The notes under the pieces: model-generated
Told to the model about the DNA's origin: nothing
What the model saw: only the letters and a program-made list of their open reading frames with translations
The model's database searches: none
Program-made: the position numbers and the translations under genes
IMG/VR virus record: IMGVR_UViG_3300025881_000002
Reading direction: 5' to 3' (one strand)
DNA from: a virus
Length of the DNA: 64,000 nt
Shown here: positions 27,628 to 36,446 of the stretch, one piece after another
How positions within the stretch are numbered: position 1 is the first letter of the stretch
How the letters are laid out: each line of letters begins with the position of its first letter

Positions 27628-28145
27628 TTAACAGATTAGTAATAATTTTTTGTAAATAAATTCTCTTTTAAAAGTTTCAAATGCTTCTTGTGGTGAAAAA
27701 GGATGCATGTTCTCAGGTCTAAGTTGTTCCCATTCTTGATGTAAATTATGGTCTGTTTTATCAATAATTGATAAACTAATCCAACATTTATGTAAATTAT
27801 GAGAAAATGTTTCAGATTTAAATTGATAATTACCTACTGGAGATATTCTTAATTCTGATATTTCAACATATCTATTGATTTTATCACCAATAGTAAAAAC
27901 AACACCATCTGATAATCTTTTTACTGAATGGATATGCCAAAATTGTTTAGAATGATTTACTAAACTTACATAATCTTTATAACTTCTAAATTCTGTTAAA
28001 ATAGAATTATTTCTATATGTTAATATCTCATAATCTTTTTCAATTACTTGTTCATTAGCCCATTTTTCACAGTCTTTTTTACAATAGCTTCAAAACCTAT
28101 TTTAGGACTTCCTGGATATTCTTTAACTAATTTATATTTTTTCAT
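27628..28145 (-). CDS. hypothetical protein requiring a -1 frameshift at A-AAA-AAG (or a pseudogene)
   Basis: ATG at 28145 opens a 33-codon frame (stop TAA). The heptamer A AAA AAG lies at 28080-28074, spanning its codons 22-24. The -1 frame then stays open for about 148 codons to the TAA at 27628-27630 and has no start codon of its own near its beginning. Confidence 0.45.
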
Positions 28146-28411
28146 AATAAATTGTATATAAAGTTATAAAACTTATAAATTAAATAACCTATTAAACATA
28201 ATAAAAATAATACTGATGGCACGTGAGTAGTAATAAAAGTATTATCATCAGAGAAAAAATTCATAAAATTATCTCTTTTTCTATTAGTATTTAATCTTTT
28301 ACTTTTTTGTTTATGTAAATACCATCTAATTAAATTAATTATAAATATAATACCTAGTAATACAATTGATGTTATATAAATTGTTAATAATATTTTTTGA
28401 TCATTACTCAT
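28142..28411 (-). CDS. small membrane protein (two TM helices)
   Basis: 89-aa ORF with hydrophobic segments ILLTIYITSIVLLGIIFIINLI and VPSVLFLLCLIGYLIY. Confidence 0.55.
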   Translation of the reverse strand: MSNDQKILLTIYITSIVLLGIIFIINLIRWYLHKQKSKRLNTNRKRDNFMNFFSDDNTFITTHVPSVLFLLCLIGYLIYKFYNFIYNLL

Positions 28412-28440
28412 TTTTATTGTTTTAAATAATAATTATTAAT

Positions 28441-28544
28441 ATAGACAGTATTAAAGATGTATTGGTTAGATATAAATCTAAATGCTAGGGAATAGCATGC
28501 CTAAAATATTAGGTAAATACATCTTTAATGCTAATACTGTCTAC
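28441..28544. repeat. long imperfect inverted repeat (about 23-bp arms) forming a roughly 100-nt hairpin
   Basis: ATAGACAGTATTAAAGATGTATT ... AATACATCTTTAATGCTAATACTGTCTAC, with an inner ATGCTA/TAGCAT hairpin. It lies just upstream of the 28411 start. Confidence 0.6.
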
Positions 28545-28846
28545 TTCGCCAATGGATAATATTTGTGTGCCTCTCTATGGTCTTTAGCACTACTAAACTA
28601 TCTTAAACGCCTTCACTGTACGAGGTGAGCCTGCTCAAGTTTAAGTTAAAATGTTACCCTACATTAATAGTTTAATATACTAAGCAAAAGTTAATTCTCT
28701 CTTTTGTTTAGTAATTCTTTCTAAACTTCTTATATGTTTTAAATTATTAATCATTATTTTATGATTTTTAATTCTACAAGAAGAAGCTAAAAATATTTTA
28801 CGTTGTAATCTTGTTCTTTTACTCATAATTAGTTGGTTTTAATTAG

Positions 28847-29398
28847 TGGAGGCGGCGGGATTCGAACCCGCGTGTCTCATACTTAAATTATAATATTATT
28901 TACAGCTTTTTAATTTTTTAATGTGCTTTTCTGCACGTAGGATCAATCTTAATTGATACTCCACCACTTATTTTAATCTAAATAAGAAATCTTAGAATAC
29001 ATTACCAAAAGGTAATAAAAAATATATCATACAGTTCTCCTTACTATTTCTAGTTAGTGTGTTTAGTTACATCTCCAGCTTAAAAGGCTGGGCTATCAGT
29101 ATTAGAAGCTTACTTGTAACATCAAGGTTTCTGTGATATATTTATGCATAACGGTTACTACAAACCTTTTTTCACCTATGATATTATGCTACCATTGCTA
29201 ATTTATCTCCATACCAAGAACTACCTTGTAGTACTGGTTCAGAGTTTAGAATGTTGTGAACAACATTCATATTAGCTTCAATCTGTGCAGTTTCCTGCGT
29301 CTTATTAATGTTTCCATTTATAAAATTCACCTATGTTTACAGTTGTCTCTGGCTGAATATTATAATGTATAATACAAGGTCAAGCCCAAGTCGCCCCC
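28847..29398 (-). ncRNA. ssrA: tmRNA (ssrA), complete, unusually long
   Basis: 5' end GGGGGCGACUUGGGCUUGACC. 3' end GCGGGUUCGAAUCCCGC-CGCCUCC-A. The acceptor stem pairs with a G3.U70 wobble (Ala identity). An internal open frame ends ...GDKLAMVA-UAA. Confidence 0.85.
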
Positions 29399-29527
29399 TT
29401 TTTTATTATTAAATGTATAAAAATACATCATCTTCTTCTACATCAATAGTTTCATCTCTTGAATGTAAGTCTTCATTTAAATCTTCATAAATATTTTCTA
29501 ATAATATTGTTTTCATCTTTGTTGGTT

Positions 29528-30064
29528 TTAAAATTTATATCCTATTGAAAAAGTAGTGTTAAATACAGTTTGACTAGTTTCATCAAATGATTGATAATGA
29601 TAATCTAAATCTGGTCTACTTTTTAAATTAGCATTCCATTCTATAAAACCACCAAAGTTAAATTCATATTGTAATCCAGCATTCATACCAATACCTAATT
29701 GACTACTATGATTATCAGCAGTTTTACGTCCATCATTTATACCCCATCTATTAATTAAATTTAATTCAGGCATTAATGTACCATATAATCCTTTATAATA
29801 TAAAGGTAATATTACACCAGCTTGACCTGAAGTAGCAAAATAATTAATAACATTAAAATATTCTATCGATATTTGAGCTTTAAAGATATTATCTTCAACT
29901 CCTATTCTACCAGTAAAATCTAAATTACCTCCTCCTACTCTATTATTATCAATTAAAACTGCTGGATCTAATCCTACACTTATTACTGTTCTACGTTCTT
30001 GTTGTTCTTGTGATATAAGCCCTATGCTGAACATTAATATCACTATTGTTATTATTGTTTTCAT
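29528..30064 (-). CDS. outer-membrane beta-barrel protein (OmpX/Lom-size)
   Basis: Signal peptide MKTIITIVILMFSIGLISQ, alternating amphipathic beta-strand pattern, and a C-terminal beta-signal ...TFSIGYKF. Confidence 0.65.
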   Translation of the reverse strand: MKTIITIVILMFSIGLISQEQQERRTVISVGLDPAVLIDNNRVGGGNLDFTGRIGVEDNIFKAQISIEYFNVINYFATSGQAGVILPLYYKGLYGTLMPELNLINRWGINDGRKTADNHSSQLGIGMNAGLQYEFNFGGFIEWNANLKSRPDLDYHYQSFDETSQTVFNTTFSIGYKF

Positions 30065-30138
30065 TTTGTTGTTTATGTTGTGACATTACTTTTAAAGCAA
30101 TATCTGATTGTGTTTTATGTGACATAAGTTGTTTAAGT

Positions 30139-30175
30139 AAAAAAAGCTGTTAACTTTATATTAACAGCTTTTTAT
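30139..30175. terminator. bidirectional hairpin terminator
   Basis: AAAAAGCTGTTAA-ctttata-TTAACAGCTTTTT. Confidence 0.6.
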
Positions 30176-30205
30176 TAAATTTATTGTATTGTTTCTTATA
30201 GTAAT

Positions 30206-30607
30206 CTAATCTATGCCTTGCCTACTCATAATTGATGAGTATTGTTGTTTAGATTGATTAATAATAGTGTTAAGTAAATTATTACCACTGCTACTATAAT
30301 AGTTATTTTGAGCTGTGTTATTAACTACATTAACAGTATTCTCTGTAATAGTATTATTTAAATAAAGTATAGAAGGTTCTAGCTGTTTTCCAACATCATT
30401 TACTAGTTGGTCTATACTTGACCTAATACCATTATTAAAAAATAATTGAAGATCTTGTTGTAAGACATCCAAATCTGCAATAACAGTGTCTACTGTTACT
30501 GGTTCTTCAATTGTTGATAGATCAGTATCAACTACTAAAGTTTGTGCATTTACTGTAGTGAACATTGTCATTACTGCAAAAGCAAACATAAAAATTAACT
30601 TTTTCAT
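30206..30607 (-). CDS. secreted hypothetical protein
   Basis: 133-aa ORF with signal peptide MKKLIFMFAFAVMTMFTTVNAQ. The mature part is Asn/Gln/Ser-rich. Confidence 0.55.
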   Translation of the reverse strand: MKKLIFMFAFAVMTMFTTVNAQTLVVDTDLSTIEEPVTVDTVIADLDVLQQDLQLFFNNGIRSSIDQLVNDVGKQLEPSILYLNNTITENTVNVVNNTAQNNYYSSSGNNLLNTIINQSKQQYSSIMSRQGID

Positions 30608-30922
30608 TTGTTAAGATTTAAAGATTAAAATAAAATTAATATATGGTATCTCACCACTTTACACTGCAATTGTTTTAGCTCGTGTAGCTGTTCATAAACT
30701 AGCTTAATTAGTATCTTAAAAACTCTTTGCCTAAATATCAGTTAGGATAGTTAGCCACGATAATGTGTACTATTTAGCTATATCTCGAATAAACACAACT
30801 GCTGATACAGTTTAATAATATTACGGGTATCTCCTCTTCCTATATTAATATAAATACTAATACTTTGTCCGCTATTATTTACAGATATATTATCATTTAT
30901 CTTCAATCAAAGAGTTTAATTT

Positions 30923-31567
30923 TTATAAGTTTTCTTTAATCCAATCATCAAACCCATTCCAAGTAGGTCCAAATCTTTCATCGAACATGATTCTACATAA
31001 ATTAATTACTTCTTCTCTACTCCAACTATCTTTTACAGGTTTAATTGTAATAGTATTGTGAAAATCTGTTTTAAGTTTATATCTTTGAAATGCATAATCT
31101 ACATACTTAATATCTAATTCATATTCAACTAACACTTTATCAATACCACTTTGTTCACAAAATGCTTTAATAAAGTTATGTGATGGTTGAGGTAAAGTTT
31201 CTTTTTTAGGATTACTAGATAAACAATCTATCATATTACCAGTAGTTAAAGATTTATCTGTTGTAGCAATTATTTTTTTATCTACCAAATGATGTGTTCC
31301 TCTTCTTATGTTTCTAATAATACTATTATCGGAAATTCTATAAAACCAATCACCTTCTTTAATTTCATCATTTGATGTTATGTAAAGATGTTGAGGTTGC
31401 ACCTTACTTATTAAAAGTGCTTTATCATTACTTATTATTCTTAATTCTGTACCTCCCTTAATACTAGGGCTAATGCATATATTACCATTTACTCTATCTT
31501 CAGTAGGTAACATTACTACATTACATTCTTTGAAGTATTTACTTTCTTTTTCTATTAAACGTGACAT
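30923..31567 (-). CDS. hypothetical protein
   Basis: 214-aa ORF. Confidence 0.55.
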   Translation of the reverse strand: MSRLIEKESKYFKECNVVMLPTEDRVNGNICISPSIKGGTELRIISNDKALLISKVQPQHLYITSNDEIKEGDWFYRISDNSIIRNIRRGTHHLVDKKIIATTDKSLTTGNMIDCLSSNPKKETLPQPSHNFIKAFCEQSGIDKVLVEYELDIKYVDYAFQRYKLKTDFHNTITIKPVKDSWSREEVINLCRIMFDERFGPTWNGFDDWIKENL

Positions 31568-31686
31568 AAGTTCTTAGTTTTTATATTTAATTTAGTACAT
31601 ATTCCAATTTTATAATATGGACATACATCCCATTTAAAATTACAATTTTTACAAACATCTTTTGGTTTTTCTTTTAACTGTGACAT
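31555..31686 (-). CDS. possible small Cys-rich protein
   Basis: 43-aa ORF (MSQLKEKPKDVCKNCNFKWDVCPYYKIGICTK...) overlapping the start of the 30923-31567 gene. Below the ORF-track cutoff. Confidence 0.3.
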   Translation of the reverse strand: MSQLKEKPKDVCKNCNFKWDVCPYYKIGICTKLNIKTKNLCHV

Positions 31687-31713
31687 TTGTTCTTTAGTTT
31701 TAAGTTAGTTAAT

Positions 31714-31863
31714 TTACCATCCTGGGTCAAAGTCATCCCATTTTTCTTCATCTACGTCATTTAATCCCACAACATCATCTTGTGATGTATTATTTCCACT
31801 AGAACAATTAGGATAAGTACAATGGTTAACATATCCTGTTTTACACGGTGCGCATTTATTCAT
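31714..31863 (-). CDS. possible small Cys-rich acidic protein
   Basis: 49-aa ORF (MNKCAPCKTGYVNHCTYPNCSS...EEKWDDFDPGW). Below the ORF-track cutoff. Confidence 0.3.
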   Translation of the reverse strand: MNKCAPCKTGYVNHCTYPNCSSGNNTSQDDVVGLNDVDEEKWDDFDPGW

Positions 31864-31901
31864 AATATTTAATTTTAAGTTAATACAATTAGTATAAGCT
31901 A

Positions 31902-32564
31902 TTACTCTTTAAATCTTTTAGATTTATCATATATTTCTACTGACCAACCTTTATGTGTTTTAGCATTACCTATTATTAAATTAGTAATACTTCCATTAAG
32001 AAATTTATATTTATTTTTAAAATCTCTTTTGGTTACTCCTTCTTCAATAATACCTTCTTTATGTTTAAAAGTATATAATAACATTTTATTTAAGTCAGAG
32101 TACCAATTTTTAACATGAGTTTGTTTATTTTTTAAAACTCTATGCACTGCTGATTTATCAAGCTTATATTTTAATATAAAGTCTGATATTATAAGTTTTT
32201 CTACAATACCTGAAATATGATAGAATTTATATTCTTTTTTATCAGCTTTAAAGTGGTTTATTCCCCTCATAGTTTTTCTACCTCCTGGTAATAGATTATA
32301 ACCTTTTGATGAAGTAGATTTGTATCTCGATATATAAAAAGATTCTCTATCATCTAATAACTGAACATCACATAATTCTATTAATTTAATTTTAAATTTT
32401 GATATGCCATGTTTTCTAATACTATTAAATAAAAATCCTTTTTTACCATTTTTAGCATCATTTTTATGTCTTCTAAATCTAACTTTTAAAGATTGTATAG
32501 TTTGACCTACATAAATCTTTTTTGTAATTATATTAGTGATTTTATATATTTTTCCTTTCCTCAT
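31902..32564 (-). CDS. free-standing GIY-YIG homing endonuclease
   Basis: GKIYKITN...KIYVGQT...RFRRHKND...NSIRKHG...RESFYI...GYNLLPGG. The start is taken at MRKGKIY. No split host gene is detectable in the flanks. Confidence 0.8.
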   Translation of the reverse strand: MRKGKIYKITNIITKKIYVGQTIQSLKVRFRRHKNDAKNGKKGFLFNSIRKHGISKFKIKLIELCDVQLLDDRESFYISRYKSTSSKGYNLLPGGRKTMRGINHFKADKKEYKFYHISGIVEKLIISDFILKYKLDKSAVHRVLKNKQTHVKNWYSDLNKMLLYTFKHKEGIIEEGVTKRDFKNKYKFLNGSITNLIIGNAKTHKGWSVEIYDKSKRFKE

Positions 32565-32639
32565 TATCTTTTCAATTTTTATACAATTAGCAATCAATAT
32601 TTGATTGGACTACTACGCTACATTAAAGCTTGTATTATG

Positions 32640-33363
32640 TAGTAGATTTTAGAGATTAAGATTAATTCTATTGATATGTATCAATTCGTACACCTATAAC
32701 TTTACGTTAAAGAATTAATTTTAATGTAACTTAATCTCTTGGAATTTCAACCTTAATTAAATAAAGCATTAAGCATACACTTCTGCATTTTAATGGACTC
32801 AAATGACCAACTTTATTTAATTTATTAGCACCATCTATAATAACTACAACTTACTGGGAAGTATTAAGCTATGTCATTCACTAGCTATTATTATAAATGG
32901 TCACCAGATAATTCCCCATTGGTCTAGTATGACCAAGACTGTTATCCCTTGCTGTGAAATCCTAAGTGTATTTGTGTAAAATCAAACCGTTATCTTTACA
33001 CACCCAAAAGCTCTATACGAGTGTTATATTAGGTTTATTTAAGGTATATTTATTCCAACATATCACATACAGTTGGTACACTTGATAGATTTAATATGTA
33101 AATATACTCTGGCTATTACTCCTAAGTTTTCTATACAACTAAGTACTTCATTACAATTTATATTCTATCTTTCTTTAGTGTGAATAGTGTTTATACTATT
33201 CTTTAATCACAAGGTTTCAAGATTTAACCTTTATTTTAAAAACTCTCACAAGATTCAATCTTGAAGTGCAGTACTACACGTTTAATAACTTCAATAATGT
33301 GGTTGCACCCACAATAATTACCTCATTATTATACCTTTTGGATGAGAGTTTAATCTTTTTAAT
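32640..33363. ncRNA. candidate large structured non-coding RNA (family unknown)
   Basis: About 720 nt with no ORF of 60 aa or more on either strand, and visibly less AT-rich than other spacers. Nested helices include AGAGATTAAG/CTTAATCTCT enclosing ATTAATTCT/AGAATTAAT plus two hairpins (32651-32740); TGTGTAAA/TTTACACA; GAATAGT/ACTATTC; AAGGTT/AACCTT; CAAGAT/ATCTTG; and AAACTCTCA/TGAGAGTTT spanning about 100 nt. Confidence 0.45.
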
Positions 33364-33392
33364 TCAAAAACCCTTGCTATTTCTAACAAGGG
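33364..33392 (-). terminator. rho-independent terminator
   Basis: Minus strand reads CCCUUG-uuagaaauag-CAAGGG followed by UUUUUG. It lies downstream of gene 33506-33742. Confidence 0.55.
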
Positions 33393-33505
33393 ATTTATCA
33401 ACCAACTAATTTAAACCAAACCATTTTTCTTTATGAAAATTAAAAAATGATTGATTACACATCAAGAACGTAACTAACTACTATGGATGTGATACAATGT
33501 TGTAG

Positions 33506-33742
33506 CTAATTTATATTATAATAAGGTTTATTTAGAATAACATCTAATATTATAGTTAAACAAACTATAAATCCTCCTATTAATACTAATGGTAATAATG
33601 ATAAAGATATTATTACATCCATCATCATTATAACACCACATATTAATATACCTATGAATGAAATATTAAAACTATACTTACGTAGTATATATTTTAATTT
33701 ATTAATAGTTTTATTCTGTAAATATTTGAGCGAATACTTCAT
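33506..33742 (-). CDS. small membrane protein
   Basis: 78-aa ORF with hydrophobic core ISFIGILICGVIMMMDVIISLSLLPLVLIGGFIVCLTIILDVIL. Confidence 0.5.
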   Translation of the reverse strand: MKYSLKYLQNKTINKLKYILRKYSFNISFIGILICGVIMMMDVIISLSLLPLVLIGGFIVCLTIILDVILNKPYYNIN

Positions 33743-34146
33743 TTGTTTCTATTATGTTAATTGATTTATAATCAGTTTCTAAGAATTCTTTAAAGGTTTT
33801 TCTGTTATCTTCTTCATAACCTATAACTTTAATTGTTTTCATTGGTTTCATAGTTTATAGTTATTTAGTTAATAAAAAAGCAACTACACTTTTAACAATT
33901 GACAGTTTTTTCATACTGCAAGCTCTTGATTATTAAGTCAAGGATGTTTATTACACTAAATTGTTTATCCTCATAATATAATACACCAAGTATTATACCG
34001 ACATAGTTGCTTTTAACAATTTATTAATTAATCAAAAAAACACAATAAAGTTTTGATTATTACCATACTCTGCATTTTTATAAACAGACTTGTAACTGTC
34101 TTAGGTTGCATTATGGTGCTACTTTTTAAGAAGTAGCTAAACTTAA

Positions 34147-34365
34147 TTAATCGTTCCAATTATGAATTATATACTTTGTAATTAATACAAATAATATAAA
34201 TAATATTCCAATTATTGATAAACCTACCATTATACTAAAAAATGTTTCTTCTTGAAAAGGATTACCATTGTTTAATATATAGTAAGTATCTAATGCTATT
34301 ATTAACAATAATAATATAATAAATACTTTCTTACCTTTACCTAATTGTTTAATTTGTTTTATCAT
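34147..34365 (-). CDS. small membrane protein (two TM helices)
   Basis: 72-aa ORF: VFIILLLLIIALDTYYIL and FFSIMVGLSIIGILFILFVLI. Confidence 0.5.
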   Translation of the reverse strand: MIKQIKQLGKGKKVFIILLLLIIALDTYYILNNGNPFQEETFFSIMVGLSIIGILFILFVLITKYIIHNWND

Positions 34366-34366
34366 A

Positions 34367-34594
34367 TTACCAGTTATATTTTATCCATATTAATAACTTT
34401 ATTATTGAGTAACGTATTAAAGCTATTGTACCAGCTATTAAAATTACATAAGAGGTAACACCTAAAATTAATATAGGTAAATCTTTAATATCTTCACTAT
34501 CATTTGGTATATTATGAAATAATAGTATAAGTTTAAATAAACCTAGTACTATACATATTATACAAATAAATGCTACACTTTTACCTTTACTCAT
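34367..34594 (-). CDS. small membrane protein (two TM helices)
   Basis: 75-aa ORF, 1 nt upstream of the next gene. Confidence 0.5.
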   Translation of the reverse strand: MSKGKSVAFICIICIVLGLFKLILLFHNIPNDSEDIKDLPILILGVTSYVILIAGTIALIRYSIIKLLIWIKYNW

Positions 34595-34848
34595 AATAAT
34601 TTATTTAACTGTTCAGTTATATTAATCATCTCTTCTCTTGTCAACATCTGATTAACATATGTCCCTTTTGTTTTCATATTAGCTATATTTTATTTAGTGA
34701 TTATTAGTTATTCATCAGACATAAACATATAAGCTATGAATATAACTGCTACTATTATTAATAGTTCCATAATTAGTTGTTTTTAAGTATTAATAAGTTG
34801 TCAAACTCCCCAGCGTTACCTGTAGGAGACTTGACAATCTTTTTGTTA

Positions 34849-35034
34849 TTATCCTACAGTAATGCCATTTTCTTTTTTAGCATTAGTTAAGTTTGTTGAT
34901 TTGATTATCATTACATCATCATCTGTATTTGGGTCTGTTCCACTGCTAAGATATATTTCATCATAACAAGGATCACAATAATTTTCAAAGTTTCTATTAC
35001 TGTGATTTTCAAAGCAATTAGGGCATTTATTCAT
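34849..35034 (-). CDS. small zinc-ribbon-like protein
   Basis: MNKCPNCF...YCDPCYDE. The start is taken at the internal ATG of the 64-aa track ORF. Confidence 0.45.
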   Translation of the reverse strand: MNKCPNCFENHSNRNFENYCDPCYDEIYLSSGTDPNTDDDVMIIKSTNLTNAKKENGITVG

Positions 35035-35262
35035 AACTGTCAAGTTTTAATTAATAATTTGTTCACTCTGCATTATTACTCTAGGCTTGTGACTAGTTAA
35101 GCTGCATTAAACACCTTGTAATTAATAACATACTTATATTACAAGGATTAGTCAGTTCTTCAACGTTATTATTAATAAGTTAGCTATTTATTATTATTGT
35201 TAGGTTGGTTTTATAAGTTGATAAAGTTAAGGTATTGTGGTATATCATTGATAATCAACTAG

Positions 35263-35478
35263 TTAAGCTCTTAAATCAACACTATATGCCTCTGATGTTT
35301 CATTATTTAATACAATACCTCCTTCAGTAGCAAAATAATCTAAATAAACTAATATTCTTTCATCATCAATAGCTTCTTTATTTTCTTCATAGAATATAGG
35401 TAAGGTTTCTTTTATTTGTTTTGGATTTAAACAATCACATTTATTAATTATTGTTTTTTCATTCTTTGATATTTTCAT
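35263..35478 (-). CDS. hypothetical protein
   Basis: 71-aa acidic ORF. Confidence 0.45.
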   Translation of the reverse strand: MKISKNEKTIINKCDCLNPKQIKETLPIFYEENKEAIDDERILVYLDYFATEGGIVLNNETSEAYSVDLRA

Positions 35479-35980
35479 AAAATACGTATTTGTTAGCTAT
35501 GTTAATAATAATGACTATGTTGATAAGTATAGTCTTAAAAGTGTGGTTATTGGTGTTGTAATGCTACCTAAGCTACCATAAACACTCACAATCCCACTGA
35601 TAACAACACTTAACAGCACTTTAATCACTTCTAAAAGCAATCAAAACTACTATTAATATCACCACTAAAGAGTATAAGTTCATAATGTTTATAAGTTAAA
35701 TATATCTCTAATTATAAGTGCTATCATAAAAAGACCACTAAATCCTAATAATGCTAATAAAAGTATATTTAGTATGTAAATAAAAGTTTCCATATTAAAA
35801 GTATTAAGTTATTAAAGTCTAATAAAAAATAAACACACCCAATCTAATCTCTAACTAAATTTATATTTGTCGATGAAAACAATCTAGCTGTGTAGCTAGT
35901 TAGTTATTAATATAGAGAGGGTGTGCTATTTTAAGTAATTAAGTTTCCTAAGCTTGTTAAGTAAGTAAGGTATCTTAATA

Positions 35981-36032
35981 AAGAAAAACTAAGAGCCCCT
36001 AAGGACTCCTAGTTGTTCAGGTATGCACCTGA
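35981..36032 (-). terminator. tandem hairpin terminator
   Basis: The palindrome TCAGGTGCATACCTGA directly abuts the stop codon. It is followed by GAGUCC-uuag-GGGCUC and UUAGUUUUUC. Confidence 0.6.
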
Positions 36033-36446
36033 TTAAGCTGGTACATCAGCCTCTTCTTCTTGATTAGCAACTACCATAGGCTTTGCAGTCCCCATAAGAG
36101 ATGCAAATAGGTCTTTACTCTCAAGACCAGCACTACCAGTACCAATCACTCTAAAGTAAGTGTTAGTCTCATCAGCACTAATGTTGATTGCAACAATATC
36201 ACCTTTAGCAACTGGTGCAGTACCTTTCTCTGGGTTACCAGCATAGGTCTTCTCAAAGATTTGAGCTGACTTCACTTCAGTAGTACCATTATGGTCATAA
36301 GCAATATTACCAATCTTGTACTTTGTACCATTAGAGTTCTCTAGTACATTGTTACCAATGCTTTGTAGTACAGCTGAACCTTGTAGTTCAATAGCACTAG
36401 TTTCTTCATTAGTTACTTGTCTTGCATTAAGTTTAACAGTTTCCAT
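36033..36446 (-). CDS. hypothetical abundant protein (GC-shifted codon usage, acidic C-terminus)
   Basis: 137-aa ORF forming a monocistronic unit between a structured leader and a double terminator. Its codon composition resembles the capsid genes. The tail is NQEEEADVPA. Confidence 0.65.
   Translation of the reverse strand: METVKLNARQVTNEETSAIELQGSAVLQSIGNNVLENSNGTKYKIGNIAYDHNGTTEVKSAQIFEKTYAGNPEKGTAPVAKGDIVAINISADETNTYFRVIGTGSAGLESKDLFASLMGTAKPMVVANQEEEADVPA

Noticed and set aside
28847-29398. The tmRNA-like sequence as a phage attP or integration remnant.
   Set aside because: Both the 5' and 3' halves of the tRNA-like domain and a tag frame are present. No integrase or recombinase gene is in the window.
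32936-32952. AGGGATAACAG on the minus strand, resembling the conserved 23S rRNA / I-SceI-site sequence.
   Set aside because: Only about 10 nt match and the flanking sequence does not follow the rRNA domain V consensus. Treated as coincidence.
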